IMG/VR virus record: IMGVR_UViG_3300035145_003477
Coordinates: 1 to 35,594 of that record
DNA: 35,594 nucleotides
Direction: 5' to 3' (one strand)
Origin: a virus
Lineage: Duplodnaviria > Caudoviricetes
Numbering within the stretch: the stretch's first letter is position 1; each line of letters starts with the position of its first letter. The position numbers were made by a program, and so were the translations under genes. Below the pieces are notes generated by a model, which was not told the DNA's origin, ran no database searches, and was given only the letters and a program-made list of their open reading frames with translations. Of the stretch, positions 27,550-35,594 are shown piece by piece.

Positions 27550-30500
27550 ATGGCTAAGAAGAAAATTAATGATTATATTTTCCATACAGGAATACCGTAC
27601 TCGGAAAATAGATATCCTAATGCGTACTGGTTAATTCAAAATAACGTTGAATTTATTAAAGACGAAGTTAGAGCATACATTAATTCAGAAATTGCAATAG
27701 CGGCTCAGTACAATGTAACTGGCGCTACTTATACACCTACAGACCATACGATGGTTTTAACTATTGGTACTCACGCACTTACAGTAGGCTCTTTTATTAA
27801 ACTTGCAACAGATAGTCTTACATTTACACCTGCACTTACAATTGACTACACTGATATTTTCCTTGTAAAAGCAATAACGGCAGACTCTATTACAATTGAT
27901 GTACCAACATCAGACGTAACAGCAAGAACGTTTAGCAGTGCAAATGCAAATGCTGTAATTAATGTGTTCTATAATTACACAAATGATAGCAATGATAAAT
28001 GTGAAAGAGATATGGGTTACAATCTTATTGGTGGTGATATTCGTAATCCAGTTCAAGATCAACCAGGTGGTTTATTATATGACTTACGTTATGGTGGTAA
28101 TGAACAAGCACGTTATCTTGCATCAACATATTGGGATGGCGCACTACCACAAATTGATGGTGATAGAAATCCAGAAAGAGCGGCTAAAGAATTTTGTGCA
28201 TGGCTGATTAAAACTTACATTTTAGATAATGTTGCATACACAACAAAACAATCACCTGCAGAAACAACACAAACAATTAATACAGAATATGTTGCAGAAA
28301 CAGAGGCTGATGCAGTAGTAGATAAAGTATTAACTGAAACAATAGGTGAAGTAATTTACTTTGGTACACCTAATATGCCTGCATTTGAAAATGCAAAAAT
28401 TAGTAGAGTACTATTTCCATCAAAAGTAAAACAAGAAAACCTACTTTTAATTACAGATACTACAAACAATGTTGTATTGTTCAACTTCAGTGATCCAACT
28501 ACTGGTGCTGAAACAAAATACACTGAAGAATCGATAGAATTTACACCAACATACGAATACTTTCAAAAGTTTTTAGAAAACACAGATAATATTACACAGG
28601 TTTTATTTGATAAGACCACTGAGAATGAAGAGTTTCTTAAAAACGCAAGAAACCTTTTAACACAAAACAAAGAATTTATTAAGGACGAAGTACGTGCCTG
28701 GATTGCAGATCAAGTTGCTAATGCAGGGTCTGGTTCAATTTGGTCAGGTTATACTTATAATGCCGCCAAGTGTGAAAGAGATACAGGCTTTAATATTGAT
28801 GCAATCATTAAAGATATGCAGTATGGCGGAAATGATAATGTAAGATCGACTGCGGCAAAATATTGGAAAGGTCCTACACCACAAATTGATGGTTCAAGAG
28901 AACAAGAAATTGCGGCTAAAAACTTTATGCGTGATTTAGTTAATAATTATATTTTAACTAAAGCAGTATATCCTACTAAACAAGGCGGCTCACCAGAAAC
29001 TACACAATACTTTTTAGGTGGCACTGCTGAATTAGGAGGCGATACAAGAGTTACAGAACTTGTTGCAATTTTAACAACTGTAATTAAAGAAGGATTAAGC
29101 AAATTACCTCCGTTAGATAAACCACAAATTTTCCATGATACAGACAAGTTACAGATTTTTGTTGATCAAGGTGATTTAAAAGTTAGACCATATGACTTTG
29201 GTACTGATGCAATTGAAAGACAAAGAGTTGCAAACAGTTTATCAATGCTTGACGCTGACTTTGAGTATGGTCTACAGCCTACTAAATGGCAGGCTATTGG
29301 TACAATGCGTGGTTATCCTTCAACTTATGAAGTGCCAGGAACAGACACATCAGTATTAAGTGTTGTAACAGATGCATCAACAGGCAGTCAAGGAGTTGGT
29401 CAATCATTAATTACTGTAACATCAGTTGGACCACATGGCTTTGAAGCAGGTAAGCCTATTACTATTAGAGGTTTAGATGGTTCTGTTGCAGGAAATGGTC
29501 GTGCTGAAGGTACATTTATTGTTAACACAGTTCCTACTACAACAACTTTTACCTACTATGCAAAAGCAAAAGTAGGAACAAGTGCAGGAACAACACTACA
29601 CACTTTCTATACAATACTTAGAGGTGCAGATTTTTATACTGGTGCAACAATCCAGGGTGATACACCGAGTTTTGAAGTAACTACACAAGGTTCAAACGGA
29701 TCGTTTAGTTTGGCACTTGGCGCATTAAGTGGAGAAAATAGATTAACAACACAGCAGTCTCCACCAAACTTAGGTGCACCATTACAAACAGCAGGTGGCG
29801 AAATTCCTTTAGGTTCGCAGGTTACTGGTACAGTTGGAACAGGTGGAATCACAACAACTCCTGTCACAACAGCAGACACACCACAAGGTTCATTTACAAT
29901 CGATGTACAAGATGCATCAGCAGTTACAGTTGGTACTGGTCTTGATAGAGGTGATGGATTCGCGGCATTTGTTACACAGGTTTCAGGTAATACTTTAACA
30001 TTAAGTGAAGCAACTACAAGAGTGCTTGTAGGTAATACTGTAACTTATACAGGAGTAACAGGAACAAATGACAACTCAATTGGTAACGGAGCATCATTTG
30101 ATGTTGTAAGAACAAACGGAGTTTACAATACTACACTAAACAGTGGCGGGCAAGATTATCAAGTTGGAGATAATATTCTTATAGACGGTGGACAAGTAGG
30201 AGGTGCTTCAGGCACTAACGATATTAGAATTTTAGTTGACACTGTCGACACTGGTGGTGAAATACTTACATTTACTGAAACTGGTGTTGGTTTTGATGGT
30301 AATGGTACATTCTTTGATAGAACTGGTACGCTTCAAGGTGGTATTGGTACTACACCGGTATTTGATGTCACATATACAAATAATGTTTACTCAGTTTCAG
30401 TAGCATCTCCAGATACATCAGGAGGATATGTTGTAGGTGATCAAATTAAGATTGATGGTTTTGAATTAGGCGGACAAAGTGTAACTAATGATGTTATTAT

Positions 30501-33500
30501 TAAGGTTGAAGCAGTTGGTACAGGCGGAGGTATTACTACTGTAAGTGCCACTGGTACAGCCGTAGATGCTGATGTAACTTATTCTTCTCCAAGTTATACA
30601 ACAACTACTGTAAGTGGTGTTGATGCAGACTTTAACATTCAAAGAATTGGAACTGCATATACTGTGTTTATTACTAATGCAGGAACAGGATATTTAGCAG
30701 GAGAATCATTTACTATACTTGGCAGTGCATTAGGTGGCGTTGACGGAGTAAACAATTTAACAATCACTATTGCTACTGTGGACACAGGTGGTGAAATACT
30801 AACAGTGAATACAAGTGGTACAGCAGTAAACACAAAAACTTATGGATATGTTACAACAGGATCTAATTACATTGGTAGTGGTGCTGAATTCCAAGTAGAT
30901 TTAGCCTCAGGCGCATACACAGTGACAGTACAAAGTGCAGGTAGTCAGTATGGTGTTGATCAAGAAATTGTGATCCAAGGTACAGAAATGAGTGGAACAA
31001 GTCCTGCTAACGACATTACAATTACAATTACAAGTGTAAATGCTTCAGATGGCGGAATATCGGGTATTAGTTTTACAGGTACAGGTGCTACAGGTAGCGG
31101 AAATTATACAGCAGTTATTGGTAATAATGATCCAAACTCAGGTGCAGATGCTGTATTTGATGTAACCAGAACCGGAGGCGCATACAGTTTAGTTGTTGCA
31201 ACTAACGACGGTGCAGGATACAAAGTTGGTGATAGAATTATTATTCCAGGAGATCAACTCGGCGGTGCAACACCTACAAACGACTTAACGTTACGTTGTA
31301 CAGTTGAATCAACTGAAGGTGATTTTGTTGGTATTGATGTAACTGGTACAGCAGTGTCAGGTGATGTATTAGATCTTTACAGTTCTGTAACAATGTCAGA
31401 ACAAACAACAGGACAAATTAATCAAAGTACAGTAATAACTTACAGTGCGTTAGCAAGTATTAGAGTAACATTTGCAACACCACATGGTCTTGTGCCAGGT
31501 GATGCTTTTGCTGTTACTATTTCATCAGACGACGGTGCTAATAATCACGCACTTGCGGCAGGACCATTTAGTGCTACTGCGGTTCCTTCAAATGTACAAC
31601 TTGAGTATCAGTGTAGATCTCCAGGATTCCTTGATACAACATCAGATCAGCAAATTACTGGTAACGTGTATCCAAGACCAGATTCGTTCTTTATTCACAG
31701 ACCATATGATGGAGGTGTGCAGTTAGGAACAGGAGGTCCACAACATGGATCACAAGCAATTAGACAGAGTAAAAAATATATTAGATACCAATCAGGTAAA
31801 GGTATCATGTACACAACTGGTGCCTTGTTTGCGCCAAGTTATAACATTTTAAATATTACAGCAGATGCTACTTCAATAGGTTCAACTATTACTGTAACTA
31901 CTGACGAAACAGAACACGGATTACAAGTTGGTGGAGGTATTAGAATTATCGGAGTAGACACAGTTGGTTATAATGGAAACTATACTGTATCAGCAGTAAA
32001 TGATGAAAACGAATTTGAAATAATTGCAATTTCGGCATTAGGAAGCACTACACCAGAATTAAGTTCAGAGTGTCAAGTATCATTAAGAACATTCCACGGT
32101 GCAACTGTACGTTCAGGAGCATTTGATGATCAGAATGGTATTTTCTTTGAATACGATGGAACACAATTTAGTGCTGTACAAAGAACTGCAACATTACAGT
32201 TAGCAGGTGTTGTTGATGTTGATGTTGACTCAAACACTGTCACAGGTACAGGTACAAGATTTAGAGAACAGTTAAAAGCAGGTGATAGAATTGTATTGAA
32301 AGGTATGACACACGTTGTAACACAGGTTGATAGCAATACTACAATGTATCTTGCACCTGACTTCCGTGGTGTAACAGATGTACGTGCAAGTAAACTATGT
32401 TTAATTAGAGATAAAAAGACCGAACAAGAAGATTTCAACTTAGATAGAATGGATGGCACTGGTCCAAGTGGATATAACTTAGATATCAGTAAGATGCAGA
32501 TGGTTGGGATACAGTATTCATGGTATGGTGCTGGTTTTATTGACTATATGCTCAGAGGTGCTGATGGTAACTTTGTATTCTGTCACAGAATGCGTAACTC
32601 AAACATTAACACAGAAGCATTTATGAGAACAGGTAATATGCCTGTGCGTTATGAAATTACAAACGAAGGTCCAAACGGCAAACTTGCAGAAGATATTTCA
32701 GACTCATCAACAGTTATACCGTTACAAGATGCTTCTTTCTTCCCACCAGAAGGTGGTACAGTATATATTGATGCTGAAATGATACGTTTCACAGGGATCG
32801 ATGGTAAAAATTTAATTGGCTTGACAAGATCAAGTTCTATGACAAACTTTGCCGCAGGTGCTACAAGAACTTACACTGGAGGTCCAGCGGCGGCACATAC
32901 AAGAAACACAGGGGTAGTATTGGTTAGTAACACTGCTTCACCTAACATATCACACTGGGGTTCAGCGTTTATTACAGACGGCGGATTTGATTCAGATCGT
33001 GGATATCTTTTCAGTTACAAATCCACAGGTACAAATGTAACTACTACGAGAAACACATCATTCCTACTACGACTTGCACCGTCAGTATCCAATGCACTTG
33101 TTGGTGACTTAGGTGAACGTGAACTTTTAAACAGAGCACAGTTACTACTTGAAGGTCTTGAGATTACTACTGATCCACCTGCATCAAGTGATACAGGAGG
33201 TATTATTGTTGAAGGAATTCTAAATCCTCAAAACTATCCAGCCAACCCAGATGATATTGGTTGGCAGGGACTGTCCGGCCTTGCACAAGGTGGCCAACCA
33301 AGTTTTGCACAGATTGCCCCGGGCGGATCTGTTAACTGGAACTCAGGTGCTGTTGCAACTACGTCGCAAGTAACTACTCAAGCGCCTATTACTGCAAACA
33401 TCATTGCAAAAGATAGAGGTTATAGAGGTGGTAATAGTTATTGGGACAACGGTTTAACAAGTGGTAGAAATAGATTCTTTGTACTTGACAGTTTCTATCA

Positions 33501-34158
33501 ATCAAATCAAGCACTATTTGAAACCGGTGTTGAAGTACAAAGTCAATCAGGAAATTATTTTCCATCAGGTACTACAATAACTTCAGTATCAAGTTACACA
33601 TGGAGCACAAATGGTTTAGGTAATGTAAGACACGTCTTTACTTCTTCTTCTCCTACTTCAAACGTAACAGGGGATGTTCCATTAGTGTTTACAAAAACAT
33701 TTAAAGGTGCACCTACTAACAACATCTACTTCGAAAAATCAGATTATGATAGTGCTGGTGTTGTACAAGGTACTACTGTTAGTGATTCAAGATTCCCTGC
33801 AGGAACACAGGTTTCTACAGTATCATTAAAAACTTATGGTTCTACAGAATATTATGATGTTACATTTAACCAGGCATCAGATGCAACTGCAATTACGGCT
33901 GGTACTACAGACATAGAATTTGAGTTTGTGCAACCTCCATATGCACAACCAGGTGAAACTATCTTCTCATTTATTGCACAACCAGGTGAAAGATCAACAT
34001 TGGATCTTGCATTCATTAAAGAATTAACAAATACTACATTAGGTGGTAGAGGTACTTTCCCGAATGGTCCAGACGTATTAGCAATTAACGTTTATAAAAC
34101 GTCAGGTGCGGCAATTACAGCCAATCTTGTTCTACGTTGGTCGGAAGCACAGGCTTAA
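27550..34158 (+). CDS. Giant modular virion structural protein (2202 aa) with two KCERD helical domains and five beta repeats
   Basis: Two NxEFIKDEVRAxI...KCERDxG...YGGN...YWxGxxPQIDG units; several H(G/A)(L/F)xxG barrel domains; five GxxxxFxV...YxxG(D/E)xxxIxGxxxGGxxxxN(D/N) repeats; Thr/Gly-rich composition. Confidence 0.8.
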   Translation: MAKKKINDYIFHTGIPYSENRYPNAYWLIQNNVEFIKDEVRAYINSEIAIAAQYNVTGATYTPTDHTMVLTIGTHALTVGSFIKLATDSLTFTPALTIDYTDIFLVKAITADSITIDVPTSDVTARTFSSANANAVINVFYNYTNDSNDKCERDMGYNLIGGDIRNPVQDQPGGLLYDLRYGGNEQARYLASTYWDGALPQIDGDRNPERAAKEFCAWLIKTYILDNVAYTTKQSPAETTQTINTEYVAETEADAVVDKVLTETIGEVIYFGTPNMPAFENAKISRVLFPSKVKQENLLLITDTTNNVVLFNFSDPTTGAETKYTEESIEFTPTYEYFQKFLENTDNITQVLFDKTTENEEFLKNARNLLTQNKEFIKDEVRAWIADQVANAGSGSIWSGYTYNAAKCERDTGFNIDAIIKDMQYGGNDNVRSTAAKYWKGPTPQIDGSREQEIAAKNFMRDLVNNYILTKAVYPTKQGGSPETTQYFLGGTAELGGDTRVTELVAILTTVIKEGLSKLPPLDKPQIFHDTDKLQIFVDQGDLKVRPYDFGTDAIERQRVANSLSMLDADFEYGLQPTKWQAIGTMRGYPSTYEVPGTDTSVLSVVTDASTGSQGVGQSLITVTSVGPHGFEAGKPITIRGLDGSVAGNGRAEGTFIVNTVPTTTTFTYYAKAKVGTSAGTTLHTFYTILRGADFYTGATIQGDTPSFEVTTQGSNGSFSLALGALSGENRLTTQQSPPNLGAPLQTAGGEIPLGSQVTGTVGTGGITTTPVTTADTPQGSFTIDVQDASAVTVGTGLDRGDGFAAFVTQVSGNTLTLSEATTRVLVGNTVTYTGVTGTNDNSIGNGASFDVVRTNGVYNTTLNSGGQDYQVGDNILIDGGQVGGASGTNDIRILVDTVDTGGEILTFTETGVGFDGNGTFFDRTGTLQGGIGTTPVFDVTYTNNVYSVSVASPDTSGGYVVGDQIKIDGFELGGQSVTNDVIIKVEAVGTGGGITTVSATGTAVDADVTYSSPSYTTTTVSGVDADFNIQRIGTAYTVFITNAGTGYLAGESFTILGSALGGVDGVNNLTITIATVDTGGEILTVNTSGTAVNTKTYGYVTTGSNYIGSGAEFQVDLASGAYTVTVQSAGSQYGVDQEIVIQGTEMSGTSPANDITITITSVNASDGGISGISFTGTGATGSGNYTAVIGNNDPNSGADAVFDVTRTGGAYSLVVATNDGAGYKVGDRIIIPGDQLGGATPTNDLTLRCTVESTEGDFVGIDVTGTAVSGDVLDLYSSVTMSEQTTGQINQSTVITYSALASIRVTFATPHGLVPGDAFAVTISSDDGANNHALAAGPFSATAVPSNVQLEYQCRSPGFLDTTSDQQITGNVYPRPDSFFIHRPYDGGVQLGTGGPQHGSQAIRQSKKYIRYQSGKGIMYTTGALFAPSYNILNITADATSIGSTITVTTDETEHGLQVGGGIRIIGVDTVGYNGNYTVSAVNDENEFEIIAISALGSTTPELSSECQVSLRTFHGATVRSGAFDDQNGIFFEYDGTQFSAVQRTATLQLAGVVDVDVDSNTVTGTGTRFREQLKAGDRIVLKGMTHVVTQVDSNTTMYLAPDFRGVTDVRASKLCLIRDKKTEQEDFNLDRMDGTGPSGYNLDISKMQMVGIQYSWYGAGFIDYMLRGADGNFVFCHRMRNSNINTEAFMRTGNMPVRYEITNEGPNGKLAEDISDSSTVIPLQDASFFPPEGGTVYIDAEMIRFTGIDGKNLIGLTRSSSMTNFAAGATRTYTGGPAAAHTRNTGVVLVSNTASPNISHWGSAFITDGGFDSDRGYLFSYKSTGTNVTTTRNTSFLLRLAPSVSNALVGDLGERELLNRAQLLLEGLEITTDPPASSDTGGIIVEGILNPQNYPANPDDIGWQGLSGLAQGGQPSFAQIAPGGSVNWNSGAVATTSQVTTQAPITANIIAKDRGYRGGNSYWDNGLTSGRNRFFVLDSFYQSNQALFETGVEVQSQSGNYFPSGTTITSVSSYTWSTNGLGNVRHVFTSSSPTSNVTGDVPLVFTKTFKGAPTNNIYFEKSDYDSAGVVQGTTVSDSRFPAGTQVSTVSLKTYGSTEYYDVTFNQASDATAITAGTTDIEFEFVQPPYAQPGETIFSFIAQPGERSTLDLAFIKELTNTTLGGRGTFPNGPDVLAINVYKTSGAAITANLVLRWSEAQA
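30070..31350 (+). repeat. Five tandem ~85-90 aa beta-rich protein repeats
   Basis: YQVGDNILIDGGQVGG, YVVGDQIKIDGFELGG, YLAGESFTILGSALGG, YGVDQEIVIQGTEMSG, YKVGDRIIIPGDQLGG. Confidence 0.8.
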
Positions 34159-34559
34159 TCTAAAGTCGGCGGGGGATTTTGTTTCTTTAAAACTTCTTTT
34201 TGACTGTCACCAGGAATAATTCTGTAATTATCCTCAACAGAATCAGGTGTACTTACTTCACTAATAGAACTTCCGTCCTCAAGTGCAATAAGTTGGTGTG
34301 GTTGTAGTGGTGGATTGTGCCAAGTATCACCTGGCTTTAATTCTTTAGAGTATAAAACTGCATCTTTAGTGTCAATCCATTTACATTCAAAGCGTCCTGA
34401 GTTGACAAACCATGTTTCGTCCTTTTCTCTGTGAAAATGCATGGAAAATTTGTTACCTGCTTTTTCAAATACCATAATCTTACCACAGTATTTGTCGTTA
34501 GTTGCCCAGATTAGTTCATAACCCCAACCTTTTTCAACTTTACCATCAAGACGACTCAT
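34155..34559 (-). CDS. Cupin, sugar-isomerase-like (mannose-6-phosphate isomerase type II C-terminal-like)
   Basis: VEKGWGYELIW, SMHFHREKDETW (H-x-H-x4-E), PPLQPHQL and EVSTPD cupin metal motifs. Confidence 0.8.
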   Translation of the reverse strand: MSRLDGKVEKGWGYELIWATNDKYCGKIMVFEKAGNKFSMHFHREKDETWFVNSGRFECKWIDTKDAVLYSKELKPGDTWHNPPLQPHQLIALEDGSSISEVSTPDSVEDNYRIIPGDSQKEVLKKQNPPPTLD

Positions 34560-35257
34560 TCTTTACTCCATTTATCCTTGAATTTTTTATATGCACCTCT
34601 AAACTTGCTTTGGAATATCATATTACTGACAAAACTTGCTTCATATTTCTCTTTATCTTCATCTTGTACAGTAGTTTCCAACTCTGTAAGCCTAATTGGC
34701 ACATACATTGCTAAAGGAGTACCTTTTTCTATCAAAAATTCTCCTTCTTTTTTAATTAGTAGTTGTTGATTGATCTGATGACTCCATTCGGTATGTGTTA
34801 TACCGGGCATACACTCAAAATTTTCATTAAAATCATAAAACATTGGCAGTTGCATCATTGCCCAGCCTGGACTGGTACGCACTCTCCATGGACAATCAGT
34901 TTTTGCAACACATAGATACTTGTCTTTTGCATTACTTGGTATGTAATCTTTAAATTGATTGTCATAATGCAAACTCATTGTGAAATCTTTATTACTTGAA
35001 TGCCATGCAAAGTCTTTTTTATCAACTTTAAGGTGGAAATCACACCACATAGTAATTACATATGCGTTTTTAAAATAATCTACAAAGCCAGGACAATTTT
35101 TTAGTGTACCTTTGTCCATAAAATTATCAGGTTCGAGAAATTTTGGCATATTCTTGAACCAAGGCGGTATAAATTTAGTAGCAGACTGCACTGGTTCTAC
35201 TTTTGCAAGTCCAGGTACTACACTCCACCATTCAACTTTACAGTTATTTTTGCTCAT
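34556..35257 (-). CDS. Conserved phage hypothetical protein
   Basis: Likely start ATG 35257 (MSKNNCKVEWW), overlapping the end of hldD; IPPWFK, TLKNCPGFVD, PWRVRTSPGW, KGTPLAMYVP; ATGA overlap with the cupin start. Confidence 0.65.
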   Translation of the reverse strand: MSKNNCKVEWWSVVPGLAKVEPVQSATKFIPPWFKNMPKFLEPDNFMDKGTLKNCPGFVDYFKNAYVITMWCDFHLKVDKKDFAWHSSNKDFTMSLHYDNQFKDYIPSNAKDKYLCVAKTDCPWRVRTSPGWAMMQLPMFYDFNENFECMPGITHTEWSHQINQQLLIKKEGEFLIEKGTPLAMYVPIRLTELETTVQDEDKEKYEASFVSNMIFQSKFRGAYKKFKDKWSKE

Positions 35258-35594
35258 AGATCCAATCTTGTACTCTAATGTATTGATGTGGACAAACTTT
35301 TGATAATTTTTCCATATCAGCACAGGTATATTCTTGATATTGACCTTTAAGTTTTTCAGGCATGGGTATTTCTTTCACTACTGCATCATATTTCTTTGCT
35401 ATGACGTTTGCAATTTCTTTAAAAGATGTAGTACCACCAGTACCAAGGTTAAAAATACCACTTGTATCTGTTTCTAACATTTTTTCATGTACTAAACAAA
35501 TGTCTTGTACACTTATAAAGTCACGTAGATAGTTTTCACTACCAACAAATAATTTAATTTCACCTTCTTTGGCTTGTTTAGTAAATTTTGTAAC
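35244..35594 (-). CDS. hldD: ADP-L-glycero-D-manno-heptose 6-epimerase, C-terminal part (runs off the window)
   Basis: Frame is open from the window edge: KLFVGSENYLRDFISVQD...SGIFNLGTG...SF...IPMPEKLKGQYQEYTCAD, matching the HldD/RfaD/GmhD C-terminus. Confidence 0.85.
   Translation of the reverse strand, partial: VTKFTKQAKEGEIKLFVGSENYLRDFISVQDICLVHEKMLETDTSGIFNLGTGGTTSFKEIANVIAKKYDAVVKEIPMPEKLKGQYQEYTCADMEKLSKVCPHQYIRVQDWIYEQK

Noticed and set aside
1128-32459. Numerous short alternative-frame and antisense ORFs inside the large genes (for example 1420..1884-, 11175..11588-, 16301..16744+, 26994..27407-)
   Set aside because: They are fully nested in well-supported CDSs, lack ribosome-binding sites and motifs, and are the expected shadows of biased codon usage.
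34141-34200. Intrinsic terminator between the convergent operons
   Set aside because: The two stop codons overlap in TTAA (34155-34158) and no convincing stem-loop with a U-tract is visible.
35258-35323. N-terminal extension of ORF 34556..35323 as given in the ORF track
   Set aside because: It lies within hldD; ATG 35257, coupled to the end of hldD, is the more plausible start.
1-35594. Assignment as a cyanophage because of the biliprotein-like domains
   Set aside because: No photosynthesis or other host-diagnostic genes are in the window, so the host cannot be determined from this sequence.

Overview
AT-rich (about 35% GC by eye), gene-dense segment of a large T4-like tailed phage, probably aquatic; the host cannot be assigned from this window. 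Positions 1-34158 form one + strand late region with TAAATA-type late promoters. It encodes giant modular tail-fibre/baseplate-associated proteins (845+, 486, 2085, 1706 and 2202 aa), small paralogous adaptor-like proteins, three Cys/Gly-rich paralogues with two tail-fibre-chaperone-like partners, and an embedded enzyme cassette (nitrilase-family hydrolase, frameshifted GT9-like glycosyltransferase, SGNH-like protein, NodU/CmcH carbamoyltransferase). A convergent - strand operon at the right end carries a partial hldD, a hypothetical protein and a cupin. The most unusual signals, all inferred from motifs read by eye, are: (i) phycobiliprotein-like C-x-R-D helical domains inserted into two virion proteins, (ii) cupredoxin-like domains with an intact His...Cys-x2-His-x2-Met set in two others, and (iii) Gly-rich adhesin-like paralogues with about 10% Cys. 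Together these suggest a cofactor-loaded (bilin/metal) virion surface. AGCT and GCWGC also appear to be avoided throughout. No RNA genes, CRISPR arrays or mobile elements were seen.
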